From: Candidatus Thorarchaeota archaeon
GTDB lineage: Archaea > Asgardarchaeota > Thorarchaeia > Thorarchaeales > Thorarchaeaceae
NCBI GenBank assembly: GCA_048884785.1
Contig: JBHLQM010000028.1
Location: 1-37,891 of the forward strand
DNA: 37,891 nt
Reading direction: 5' to 3'
Part shown: piece after piece, positions 18,460-28,378 of the stretch
Layout of the letters: each line of letters begins with the position of its first letter
Numbering within the stretch: the first letter of the stretch is position 1
The notes under the pieces: model-generated
Databases searched by the model: none
What the model was told of the DNA's origin: nothing
What the model saw: the letters and a program-made list of their open reading frames with translations, nothing else
Made by a program: the position numbers and the translations under genes

Positions 18460-19233
18460 ATGATTGAAGCCCTCGGACTGACTAAGAAGTTCAATGAGTT
18501 CATCGCTGTGAATGAACTCTCTTTCACTGTGCAATCCGGTGAGATATACGGTCTCTTAGGACCAAATGGTTCCGGAAAATCTACTACTATGCGGATGCTT
18601 CTCGGACTCCTCAGACCGACTGACGGCACTGCGAGAGTAATGGGCAATGACATCCGAACAGAGATTGTAAAGGCAAAGCGAGTGATGGGCTATGTACCAG
18701 AAGAGCCAACGCTACCAGAGAGGCTTACAGGTTGGGAATATGTCAACTATGTTGGCGACATCTGGAGGATACCGAGAGGTGAGGAACGAGAAGAAGAGAT
18801 TGACGAGCTTCTGACTCTACTGGATATTCGTGATGCCAGCAACGACCTGATTGAGACCTACTCAAAGGGAATGTCAAGAAAAATAGGTCTAGTTGCAGCA
18901 CTAATCCACAAGCCAAAGGTACTCATTCTAGATGAAGTCCAAGCAGGGATTGATCCGAGGGGCGCAGCAACTATCAAAGAAATTCTCAATGGGCTCCGAA
19001 GTCGGGGAGCTACAATTCTAATGTCTACACATGTTCTAGAGATTGCTGAACAGATGTGCGATAGAATCGGTATCATCAATGAAGGAAAAATGATAGCAGA
19101 AGGGACAATGGATGAACTACGTGTGAAGGCAAAGGGACAGACCAGTCTTGAGGAGATATTCCTGGCATTGACTGGCGGGATTGATATGCAGCTCATCGCG
19201 AAGTACTTGGAGGACTCGGGTGCATCAAATTGA
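18460..19233 (+). CDS. ABC transporter ATP-binding protein (ABC-2/exporter type)
   Basis: GPNGSGKST Walker A, YSKGM signature, ILDE Walker B, STH switch. Confidence 0.95.
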   Translation: MIEALGLTKKFNEFIAVNELSFTVQSGEIYGLLGPNGSGKSTTMRMLLGLLRPTDGTARVMGNDIRTEIVKAKRVMGYVPEEPTLPERLTGWEYVNYVGDIWRIPRGEEREEEIDELLTLLDIRDASNDLIETYSKGMSRKIGLVAALIHKPKVLILDEVQAGIDPRGAATIKEILNGLRSRGATILMSTHVLEIAEQMCDRIGIINEGKMIAEGTMDELRVKAKGQTSLEEIFLALTGGIDMQLIAKYLEDSGASN

Positions 19234-20939
19234 GCCTTGCTGACCTGATTTTACTACTCAAACAAGACCTTGCTCAAACATTCAGGGTCAGGAGTGTCAA
19301 AGGTAGGCGAAGTGAGAAGAAGAATCCGCTTCGTCGTCTCATTCTCCCCATCGGGGCTGTCGCAGTGGGTCTTGTCATAGTCTGGGCTATAGTTGCTCTT
19401 GGAGAGGGTCTCTGGCCAGTTGTTGATGATGTTGTACGGAACAATCTTGGGCTCGGAGCAACGATCTTCAATTTTCTCATGATCTTTTCATTTCTCGGCT
19501 CGATAATGATGTCAGCTACAACGGTAGCTAATAGCTCTAGAATGGAATACCTTATGACCATGCCAATCAGCTTGAAGACGCTATTCGCTGAGAAGATGCT
19601 CATTGTAATTCTCTACAACTCGGCGATATGGCTAATCATCGGTACTCCCATCTTTATTGGATTCAGCATCATCTCACCCTACTGGCTATCATTCCTTTCT
19701 GTCCCTGTCTTTATCGGATGCATGCTGGCCTTGGTTAGCTTTGGCGTATCTCTTGGGGGATTGATTGGCCTAGCTGCCTCCAGGTTGGTGGCTGGACGAA
19801 GAATGCTCAAACAGATTGGATACGGTCTCATGAGCGCTATTGGAATAATTGGGGGAACCCTATGGTATGTTTCGATTTACACTGATAGTAGTGGTGCATT
19901 ATTCGACTCGCTTTTCCAGATTGCTGCTCTATTGGGTCTATCCTCAGATATCACTCCGGGTTACTCCATGAGTGTTATTTCCCTTGGGCTTCTCGTGGGA
20001 ACCTCGTTCAAGTTTGTTGAAATTGCCGTGCCAATCTTCTACGCAATTCTTTCAATAGGATTGATTCTTTTGAATGCGACATTGAGTGAGGAGGCGCATT
20101 ATAGCGGTTGGCTTGCAAGTGATTCAAAGCGATCATCAAAGAATGAGATTTCTATTGGGAAGAGAAGATGGGACCCACAACCTTTCAGAAAGATAAAATT
20201 CAATCAGACCGTCAGTGTGTCACTCTGGTACAATCTAGCATCCGTAAGACGCGAGTCTCGCGTGTTCACGCAATACTTACTTGGTCCCATCAGATTCGTA
20301 ATCTTCATTATTCTTCCAGGGTTCATTATCACTGATACCGGCTTTGACTTCGCTGGCTATCTGGTTCTTGCGGCTCTAATTCCGTTTGCCACCTCATATG
20401 GACTATACTTTGCAGGCTACGAAACCGTCTACGAGGGCAAGAATATAATGAATCTACAACTCGCCGCCACGAATATGCAGGATTACATTAAGGGAAAGGC
20501 ATACAGTGCAGTTCCATTTACAGTTATAGCTGGGGCAATAGTATCTTTCGCCATGGCTTTCATTGCGCCTAGTATTGCCTTCTATCTGCCAGCAGTTGTC
20601 ATTTGCCTTGGTTTTCTTACACTCGCATCTGGAGCTATCTCAGCAAATGCAGCAGCAATTGGTGGTGACTTTAAGGCCGAACGGATTATTACCCGACAAC
20701 GTGGATCCGCAGTGCAAATGCCAATTCGTGGATGGTCCATCCTTCGGGCACAGATTATCCCTATGATGCTTGGTTTTGGTGGAGTATTTGGTATCATCTT
20801 GGCTGGTGTCTTTCTGAACCCGTTCTACGCATATATTGCAGTACCAGTCTTTGTGATTCTCTGCTTTGCACTCTTCAACCACTACACGCGAAGTGCGGGT
20901 ATTAAGCTAGCTCAATTAGAGGCCTCAAAGTATCTGTAA
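19230..20939 (+). CDS. Putative ABC exporter permease (multi-pass membrane protein)
   Basis: Roughly a dozen hydrophobic segments, L..MPI-type motif, 4-nt overlap with the ATPase gene. Confidence 0.8.
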   Translation: MSLADLILLLKQDLAQTFRVRSVKGRRSEKKNPLRRLILPIGAVAVGLVIVWAIVALGEGLWPVVDDVVRNNLGLGATIFNFLMIFSFLGSIMMSATTVANSSRMEYLMTMPISLKTLFAEKMLIVILYNSAIWLIIGTPIFIGFSIISPYWLSFLSVPVFIGCMLALVSFGVSLGGLIGLAASRLVAGRRMLKQIGYGLMSAIGIIGGTLWYVSIYTDSSGALFDSLFQIAALLGLSSDITPGYSMSVISLGLLVGTSFKFVEIAVPIFYAILSIGLILLNATLSEEAHYSGWLASDSKRSSKNEISIGKRRWDPQPFRKIKFNQTVSVSLWYNLASVRRESRVFTQYLLGPIRFVIFIILPGFIITDTGFDFAGYLVLAALIPFATSYGLYFAGYETVYEGKNIMNLQLAATNMQDYIKGKAYSAVPFTVIAGAIVSFAMAFIAPSIAFYLPAVVICLGFLTLASGAISANAAAIGGDFKAERIITRQRGSAVQMPIRGWSILRAQIIPMMLGFGGVFGIILAGVFLNPFYAYIAVPVFVILCFALFNHYTRSAGIKLAQLEASKYL

Positions 20940-20940
20940 T

Positions 20941-21663
20941 TCATAGCTTTAGATCGGCGATTTTCTTTCCAACTGGGACTGTGATATCACATTCAAAATA
21001 GAGTCCAATCATAGGAGCTTCAACCTTCACCAGGCTGAAGTCATCTCTTGGACCGCTGTTTATCTCAATCTCAACATCGCCCGATCGACCTTTCTTGATA
21101 TCATAAACAAGGTGAGCGGCATTGAGCACTGCTAAATCATATCCCTTTCCTGTCACACTCGGGATTAGTTTGGCATTGATATTTGGGCCGCTATCAATCC
21201 ATTCCCCCTCATCGACTAGCTCGCATGTGGTTTTCAGGAGTGTGATACCATCTCGCTCCACCTTTCCTACAACAGTGTTCTTCTTCAGGCTCAGGGATAT
21301 TTTGGCAATCTTTCTGGGATATCCCCAGATCTCCCTTCCTGAAGCCAATGCGACATCTGTATTCACATAATTATGAGAAAAGAAGACTCCTACTGCCTCC
21401 TCCTTTTTGTGCGGATCATCAAACATACACTGTGCAAGTATTGCAGATTCCATAAACGGACCAGTTTCAATGCATGGCATCTTGCCAATCATTACTCCCG
21501 CCAGCGGAAGCTGAGATGGTCTAAGAGGTCGTGGTAGGAGATTCTCGAGAGCTCCTTCGGGGGGATAAAAAAGAGCAAGAAATACGCGTGCATCCTTATA
21601 GTGATATGGATGCGCAGGATATGTTGGGCTCGCGATGGGAGTACTGTATTTTCCCATTTCCAA
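20941..21663 (-). CDS. Acetoacetate decarboxylase-like superfamily protein
   Basis: P.Y...PY.Y, LLP.PL, ASGREIWGYPRK. Confidence 0.85.
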   Translation of the reverse strand: MEMGKYSTPIASPTYPAHPYHYKDARVFLALFYPPEGALENLLPRPLRPSQLPLAGVMIGKMPCIETGPFMESAILAQCMFDDPHKKEEAVGVFFSHNYVNTDVALASGREIWGYPRKIAKISLSLKKNTVVGKVERDGITLLKTTCELVDEGEWIDSGPNINAKLIPSVTGKGYDLAVLNAAHLVYDIKKGRSGDVEIEINSGPRDDFSLVKVEAPMIGLYFECDITVPVGKKIADLKL

Positions 21664-21777
21664 ATCACCATTGTCACGGTATCAAGCAGTCTATTGAATC
21701 TGTCGTGAGATTGGATTTCTGCTTCAGCATACTATTCTTTTGGTGGTTTGCACCCTAAATCTGCAGGATGTGTGGTT

Positions 21778-22764
21778 ATGGAACTTGGTTTTGCATGGCA
21801 TCATTCAAAACAGCCTAAGCATGCTAGAAGTGATTTTGAGAACATGCTAGAGAATAATTGCAACTCTGTTCTTATTGCCGCATCTGAAGACGACTTCGCG
21901 TACTGGTACCCCAATCTGATTGAAATAATAGAGGTCGCCAAAGATGTTGGACTAAAAGCCTGGGTCAATTTCTGGGCATTTGGAGGTGTCTTTGGCGGAG
22001 AGCCTCCTTCTGTCTTTCTCCATCATAACCATGGTCATAGACAGATCACCGCTGCATCTCAAGAGAGCGTTCCTGCAGCATGTATCAATCACCCTGAATT
22101 CCGTGAATATTTCCATGGGAAAATGAGCGAACTTCTAGGAGATGTCAGCATTGATGGTGTTTTTCTAGACGAGCCGCATTACTATTTTCTCTTCGACGAG
22201 GCGGAATTCACCTGCACATGTTCTACTTGCAAGACCGCGTATGAGAAACTCAATGGGCATGAAATGCCTCTTCAATATGATGACTCTATTCGAAATTTCC
22301 GTGAAACATCCATGCACCAATTCCTGGTGGAGTCCTGTAAGAAGGTCAAAGAGAGTGCCCGTTCTACAGAGGTCTGTGTTTGCATTATTCCTACAGAGTC
22401 TGTAGGTCTTGGAACTCCGGATTGGGGCAAAATAGCTTCAATCCAAGAAGTTGACATGTTCTCCACGGATCCATATTATCATGTCTTTGGCAAAACCAAA
22501 GAGTGGGCAATCGAAACTGCGCGTAGAACCGTAGATACTGCAAAGAAACACAACAAGAAGAGCCAGCTCTGGCTTCAGATGTTCAGATTGCCAAAAGGAG
22601 AGGAGATGAATGTTGCTTCTCTTGTACAGGAATATGTATCCCTGGGGGTGGATTCTCTATTTGGCTGGTGCTACCTCGCAAATAAGGGGACAACAATTGC
22701 GAGCGACTCTCCAGAGCATCTATGGAAGCTGGTGACTGATGAGTATAGAAAAGTGAGAAAATGA
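21778..22764 (+). CDS. Putative glycoside hydrolase-like TIM-barrel protein
   Basis: AC.NHPEF, DGVFLDEP, and a CTCSTC cluster reminiscent of GH42-like Zn sites; STDPY. Confidence 0.6.
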   Translation: MELGFAWHHSKQPKHARSDFENMLENNCNSVLIAASEDDFAYWYPNLIEIIEVAKDVGLKAWVNFWAFGGVFGGEPPSVFLHHNHGHRQITAASQESVPAACINHPEFREYFHGKMSELLGDVSIDGVFLDEPHYYFLFDEAEFTCTCSTCKTAYEKLNGHEMPLQYDDSIRNFRETSMHQFLVESCKKVKESARSTEVCVCIIPTESVGLGTPDWGKIASIQEVDMFSTDPYYHVFGKTKEWAIETARRTVDTAKKHNKKSQLWLQMFRLPKGEEMNVASLVQEYVSLGVDSLFGWCYLANKGTTIASDSPEHLWKLVTDEYRKVRK

Positions 22765-22785
22765 GAGGAGTCCCTCTCAAATTCC

Positions 22786-23667
22786 CTAGAGCTTCAGTTT
22801 TGTAAAAGCAAATGGCCATATGAACACGCCAATAATTCCCACAATCATATATCTGAGGGCTCTCAGCCAAACTTCGGCAGTCATGAACAAGCTTAGAACC
22901 ATCAATGAACCAATGACTAGTAGAATTCCTATGATTGCCCGGAGAACCAGTTTCCATTTCTGTCCTCCCGTTGGTTCCACTGAAAAGCTCACGTATCGCT
23001 TCTCGAGAGGGAGCCCGATTGCCAGGCCCATTATCACCCCTCCTAGAGCGCCAAAGTTGTCGCCAGGAGGCTGAGGTGCTATGTATGTGAAAATCACAAT
23101 GCCAATGAAACCAAACAATAATAGTCCAAGATAGAGATAGTTTTCCTTGATTCTAGAAAACATCTCGGTGAGTGGCTTTTGAAGATAATATAGGATTAGC
23201 ACAGAAGCTACTCCAATACCCCAGCCAATCAACACATCGCCAAGATAATGAACGCCAAGATAAACTCGTGATATTCCTATTAATGTCGTTAGAACAATCG
23301 CAATAAGAAGCATCCACCAAGTCTTCAATTTTATTGAAAACCACCCAAAGAGAGTTGCAGAGTTCTGAGCATGGCCACTGGGTGTGCTATAGTTTGCGGG
23401 TTCTTCCAAACCTGGGTAGAGATAAGTTGCAGGATCGGGTCTCGGATTTGCTATTGCAAGTTTAACAATGAAATTCAAGGTCAGAGTGAACAGCAGAATG
23501 AACGCTGTTATAATAGACTCTCTCTTGTGGAATGTCCAAAATCCAATGAACACTAACCCGATATAGAATGTTTCCGAGCCAAGCTCGGTGATCAGCTTAA
23601 AGAGCTCTCCCGCCCAAGGCAGGAGATTTCTAAGGTCTAGCGTAATGCTTGGGTCAAAGAACAGCAT
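22786..23667 (-). CDS. PAP2-family membrane phosphatase
   Basis: K......RP (KLAIANPRP), PSGH, SRVYLGVHY..D; multiple TM segments. Confidence 0.92.
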   Translation of the reverse strand: MLFFDPSITLDLRNLLPWAGELFKLITELGSETFYIGLVFIGFWTFHKRESIITAFILLFTLTLNFIVKLAIANPRPDPATYLYPGLEEPANYSTPSGHAQNSATLFGWFSIKLKTWWMLLIAIVLTTLIGISRVYLGVHYLGDVLIGWGIGVASVLILYYLQKPLTEMFSRIKENYLYLGLLLFGFIGIVIFTYIAPQPPGDNFGALGGVIMGLAIGLPLEKRYVSFSVEPTGGQKWKLVLRAIIGILLVIGSLMVLSLFMTAEVWLRALRYMIVGIIGVFIWPFAFTKLKL

Positions 23668-23773
23668 GATTTCCTCCTATGCATGTTAACCTCTTCCGTT
23701 GATATAACCAAGTGAAAAAGATATGCCCTGAAATCAAAGCCTTAAAGAATGAAATGTTTCTGTAGCGAAATGA

Positions 23774-25279
23774 GTGCTGGAAATGGTCTTTGAAAAATTA
23801 GAGCCTAGGATTGTTTGGAGCATCTTTGAGAATGTGTTTACAAAGACCCCAAGAGAATCCAAGAAGGAAGAGAAGATTAGAGCCGTTTTGAAAAAGTGGA
23901 TTGCAGAGGTTTCCAGCTCAAGGAGCCTAAATATAGAGATCAAAGAAGACGATAGTGGCAATATGCTCCTTCGAAAACCGGCAACCCCTGGATTCGAGAA
24001 GTTACCCTCAGTACTTTTGCAGGGCCACTTAGACATGGTATGCGAAACTGGTCGTAAGGGTGGCTTTGACTTCACAAACAAGGCGATTCCAGTTCGCATC
24101 CAGGAAAATGGCGAGTGGGTTGATGCGGATGGAACAACACTGGGCGCTGATAATGGAATGGGCATGTCGCTGGCTCTTGCGCTCATGGTTGATCCTGAAG
24201 TCAAACATGGACCTCTCGAAATCCTGGCAACTGTGGATGAAGAGACCGGACTTACGGGTGCTTTTGCGCTCCAGCCCAAGGAAATTGGTATTATGAGTAA
24301 GCTTCTCATAAACATAGATTCTGAGGATCTTGGAATTATCACGATTGGTTCGGCTGGGGGCGGAGATACGATTTTCACCAAGAAAATTCCCAAAGCCAAG
24401 ACTGCCAAAAACTTCGCATTTAGAAAAATCTCAGTGACGGGTCTTCTGGGAGGTCATTCTGGAGTTGACATTCATCTCCATAGGGGAAATGCAAACAAGA
24501 TCCTCGCCAGAATACTTGCAACTCTGATAGATGAGGTACCCATCGTCATCTGTGAATGGAATGGTGGAGGGAAGAGGAATGCTATCCCGCGTGATTCTAC
24601 GACTGTTTTCGGATACCCCATGAAACGCTCATCGAATGTTGAAGAGATTCTGAAAAAGGCAAGAGAGGAGATTCTCGCTTACTATAAAGCAGACAAAGCT
24701 CCTTTGGAACCTAACCTGAAAATTGATTGGAATGAAACAGACTCATGTGACACATTTTCTCCTGAGGAATCCAAGAAGATCATTCACACATTCCATATCC
24801 TTCCTCATGGTCCTCTAAGATTTTCTCCTGCTATTGAGGACCTTGTAGAAACATCAAACAATGTCGCTGTCATAAACACTGATGACGAAGGGATACATCT
24901 CCAAATGTCTACTCGAAGTAATCTTGACTCAGAGCTTGCAGCGAAGAGGCGAGAGCTTGCATTCATTGGTGAGGACATGGGCTGGAATGTTGAGCAGACC
25001 CGGTCATATCCGGGATGGGCACCAGACCCAACAAACACTTTCCTGAATTTCATTAGGGAAAAATATGAGGAAGTCCTCGGTTCCGACATTGTCGTTAAGG
25101 CAATTCACGCTGGGCTTGAATGCGGAATTCTTGGAGCCGGAATTCCGGGACTGAAAATGGTTTCCATAGGTCCAACAATAAAGAATCCTCACTCTCCGGA
25201 TGAAAAGCTGAAGATTGAGGATGTAGGAATCTTGTATTCTTTTCTCAAGAATGTTCTACGAAATCTGCCAAAAGCCTAG
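23774..25279 (+). CDS. pepD: Aminoacyl-histidine (Xaa-His) dipeptidase, M20C
   Basis: QGHLDMV, TTLGADNG, DEETGL.GA, N.DSED, GGHSG.DIH, IHAGLECG, PHSPDE. Confidence 0.93.
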   Translation: MLEMVFEKLEPRIVWSIFENVFTKTPRESKKEEKIRAVLKKWIAEVSSSRSLNIEIKEDDSGNMLLRKPATPGFEKLPSVLLQGHLDMVCETGRKGGFDFTNKAIPVRIQENGEWVDADGTTLGADNGMGMSLALALMVDPEVKHGPLEILATVDEETGLTGAFALQPKEIGIMSKLLINIDSEDLGIITIGSAGGGDTIFTKKIPKAKTAKNFAFRKISVTGLLGGHSGVDIHLHRGNANKILARILATLIDEVPIVICEWNGGGKRNAIPRDSTTVFGYPMKRSSNVEEILKKAREEILAYYKADKAPLEPNLKIDWNETDSCDTFSPEESKKIIHTFHILPHGPLRFSPAIEDLVETSNNVAVINTDDEGIHLQMSTRSNLDSELAAKRRELAFIGEDMGWNVEQTRSYPGWAPDPTNTFLNFIREKYEEVLGSDIVVKAIHAGLECGILGAGIPGLKMVSIGPTIKNPHSPDEKLKIEDVGILYSFLKNVLRNLPKA

Positions 25280-25285
25280 GTTCCT

Positions 25286-27109
25286 CTATATGCCACTAAG
25301 GTCAAGCCTATCAAGGACTTGCTTTGCTGGTCTACCTGTCTTTCTATCCCATTTTCTGAAATCATACCAAGTCTTCAGTTGCTCTTCCAAATTAGGTACG
25401 TGACCTTCAGTACTTCCCTCAAGGGGTCTTAAGACCAGTTCAGGAAGTTTTTCTTCGGTGACATCATACCCTAGTTTCAGATTCATGAGTCGCATCATTG
25501 TAAAGATTCTTTCACTTGTTAGGACGAACTCTTCAATTGTATAATCCCATCCTGTTGTTAACTTGAACAGCTTGACAATATCCTCTGCAAGAAATGGGTA
25601 GAAACTGCAAATCCCACTTGAGTTATACATTGCCCGAACATTCTGATGTTTTGCGGTGAGGTCTGCCTCATTTGCAAACCTATCCATGCTCTCAATGCCA
25701 ACTGCTTCATTTATCTGTCCCATCTGGACATTATACATATCCGCAGCCATATGGCAAGCTCCACGAGGTGCGGTGGCATAACCCACAGCCAATCCTGAAA
25801 AGCCCCTAAGGTCATGCATTGGAAGATCCATATTCATTACCTGCACAGCAAGGTTACTTGCGCCAAACCTCTCTCCAAAGGCTATACTTCCCTCCGCCAT
25901 CGTTGCACCAATACCATCTTGTTCTGCAATCTTTGTCAATAACGCATCGGCGGCATCTACATCCCCCCATTTCGGAGAAATTCCATCCAGATCCTTAGCA
26001 CTGATTTTTCCCTCATTGAATAGATAGAAGGCAAAGGCAATGATGCTGCCAGCACTTATAGAATCCAGTCCCAATAAATCAAGTCGCTTGGTTAGGAAGG
26101 CAAGACCCTCCAGATTATCATTCATAATCTGTGTTCCCAAGGCCCCTGTCACTTCATATTCAGGTCCCTTGAAAACACCAGTTGCGTATTTTCCATCCTT
26201 TACTTCGATGACTCTTCCGCATCCGATTGGGCACCTAAAACATGCTTTTTTTCCGACTAGAATCTGTTCTCTTACTGTCGTTCCGCTAAGATTGTAAGAA
26301 TCAAAATCTGATACCGTGTGATAACCTGCAGTCAATGAGCCGTACATCATACTCGCCATATCAACATAGCCCGCTGTTCCCAAATCTGAATACATCTTGA
26401 ATGTGGAGTCCTCTTTGTTGTAATCATTCAATTCAGCAGCATACTTGCTCAACTCTTCAGAATCACTGACTGGAATCTTTCTATCAGTTCCATTCACCAC
26501 GATGGCTTTCAGCCGCTTTGAGCCCATAACGGCACCCATTCCAGTTCTGCCTGCAGCACGATGGTGATCTACAATAATACTTGCATATTTGACAAGATTC
26601 TCTCCTGCAATTCCTATCCTTGCGATCCCTGCATTCTTATGTCCTGTTTCATCCTTGAGTATCTGCCATACTTGCTCTGTATCTTTTCCCCAGAGGTGAG
26701 AAGCATCTCTAGCTTCTACTTTTTCATTCTCTATTAGCAAATAGGTCGGCTCCGAAGCCTGCCCGGTGAACATTATCCCATCATAGCCTGCGAATTTGAG
26801 ATCTGCACCGAGATGTCCTCCCACCGTGCTGTATCCATATATGCCTGTAAGAGGTGACCTTGCGCACACACTCATCTTGCTTCCTGTGGGCGTCATAGTA
26901 CCGGTGAAGGGTCCAGTGAGAAATAGGAGGGGGTTTTCCGGTCCTAATGGATTGGTGCTACCATCAATCATATCATAGAGCAATCTGCAGGCAAGTCCTG
27001 CCCCGCCGATGAATTGTCTCTGCAGCTTTTCACTAATAGGTGTCTCCGAATGTTCTCCTGTGTCCAGTGCAATCTTCAAGATTTTTCCTCTATATCCAAG
27101 GGTCATCAC
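25286..27109 (-). CDS. aor: Aldehyde:ferredoxin oxidoreductase family (tungstopterin)
   Basis: RSPLTG, AGYDG, GIAGENLV, AAGR.GMGAVMGSK.LKAI, ACFRCPIGC, GPEYE, RGACH. Confidence 0.93.
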   Translation of the reverse strand: MMTLGYRGKILKIALDTGEHSETPISEKLQRQFIGGAGLACRLLYDMIDGSTNPLGPENPLLFLTGPFTGTMTPTGSKMSVCARSPLTGIYGYSTVGGHLGADLKFAGYDGIMFTGQASEPTYLLIENEKVEARDASHLWGKDTEQVWQILKDETGHKNAGIARIGIAGENLVKYASIIVDHHRAAGRTGMGAVMGSKRLKAIVVNGTDRKIPVSDSEELSKYAAELNDYNKEDSTFKMYSDLGTAGYVDMASMMYGSLTAGYHTVSDFDSYNLSGTTVREQILVGKKACFRCPIGCGRVIEVKDGKYATGVFKGPEYEVTGALGTQIMNDNLEGLAFLTKRLDLLGLDSISAGSIIAFAFYLFNEGKISAKDLDGISPKWGDVDAADALLTKIAEQDGIGATMAEGSIAFGERFGASNLAVQVMNMDLPMHDLRGFSGLAVGYATAPRGACHMAADMYNVQMGQINEAVGIESMDRFANEADLTAKHQNVRAMYNSSGICSFYPFLAEDIVKLFKLTTGWDYTIEEFVLTSERIFTMMRLMNLKLGYDVTEEKLPELVLRPLEGSTEGHVPNLEEQLKTWYDFRKWDRKTGRPAKQVLDRLDLSGI

Positions 27110-27119
27110 AGGTCCTCCA

Positions 27120-28295
27120 TTAGAAGTCTACTTCCTTGCCATCAAACATATACTGGTAGATTTTGCGAATGTCAGCTGCTTCTATGGGCCTCGGAGTCAT
27201 AGTGATGCTCGAATCCATCATCGCGAACTCGACGAGCTGTTCAATGGTTTTATCCAATTTCTTCCTTGTCACTCCAGCCTCGGCGAGAGTCTGTGGGAAT
27301 CCTACTTGCTTGCCTAGCTCACGAATCTTTCTAGTAAACGCTCTGGTTGCTTTCAAATGGTCTTCCTCATTAATGCCAATCAGACGAGCCAACTCCCAGT
27401 AGTGCTTTGCAGTATCAGGCATCCCAGATGCATTGAATTCTATTGTGTAGGGCAAGGCAAGGCCAACACATAGACCATGCTGAAGTCTTAGAACGGAACC
27501 CAAACTATGTCCCATTGAATGGGCAAGGCATGCCTGAGAATTGCCAAAGGACATTCCAGCCAATGCTGCCGCAACAAGCATTTTTTCTCTTGCTTGGAGG
27601 TCTCCAAGGTTGGCAACAGATTTTGGCAACCATTCAAAGACCAATTGAATTGCTTTCAGGCTACAGGCATCTGAGAAGTCGTTTTTCCATACTGAAATGT
27701 AACCTTCAACGGCATGGGTTAAGGCATCCATGCCTGTATATACTGTCATTTTTTCCGGAAGATCTTTGACAAACTCCGGATCAAGAATTGCCAATTCAGC
27801 CATCAATTCTGGATTGGTCGTAGCAAATTTGCGACCGGATTCGTCTTCTCTAACAACAATTGCTCTTGTTATTTCAGAACCAGTCCCTGCAGTAGTTGGG
27901 ATTGAAATTAACCTCGCCTTTTGTTTGAGCCCAAGCACATCGAATGGAGATAGTGCTTCCAGATTCATATCCGGATTCACATAAAGAACCCATGCCGCCT
28001 TTGCAGTATCCATGACACTACCTCCACCTACTGCGATGATAGTGTCTGCACCAACTTCCTGCATCGCTTTGGCTGCACTCTTGACAATTGAAACTCTTGG
28101 ATCGGGTTCCGCATCTTTCCAAACAGAAACCTGCCATCCGTTTCTCTCAAGTATCTTCTTCACTCTTCCAGAATAGCCAAAACCATCAATCACTGAGTCA
28201 GTGATAATAATTGCATTCTCTCCCTTGACCAACTCAAGTTCATCCAGTGCATCCTCTCCAAATGCAACTCGAGGGACATCAAACCACCATACCAT
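27120..28295 (-). CDS. Iron-containing alcohol dehydrogenase
   Basis: GGGSVMD.AK, PTTAGTGSE.T, DALTHA.E, HSMGH, HG. Confidence 0.93.
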   Translation of the reverse strand: MVWWFDVPRVAFGEDALDELELVKGENAIIITDSVIDGFGYSGRVKKILERNGWQVSVWKDAEPDPRVSIVKSAAKAMQEVGADTIIAVGGGSVMDTAKAAWVLYVNPDMNLEALSPFDVLGLKQKARLISIPTTAGTGSEITRAIVVREDESGRKFATTNPELMAELAILDPEFVKDLPEKMTVYTGMDALTHAVEGYISVWKNDFSDACSLKAIQLVFEWLPKSVANLGDLQAREKMLVAAALAGMSFGNSQACLAHSMGHSLGSVLRLQHGLCVGLALPYTIEFNASGMPDTAKHYWELARLIGINEEDHLKATRAFTRKIRELGKQVGFPQTLAEAGVTRKKLDKTIEQLVEFAMMDSSITMTPRPIEAADIRKIYQYMFDGKEVDF

Positions 28296-28378
28296 GCTGT
28301 TTCACTTCCTTGCCATGTAAATGGATGTCTTCCAAGCTACCCAAAAAACCTTGGTCGTTCTTCCTCTTATTTATGCTG

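Noticed and set aside
23734-24408. 224-aa minus-strand ORF
   Set aside because: Antisense to the clearly identified pepD, with Ser/Pro-rich shadow composition.
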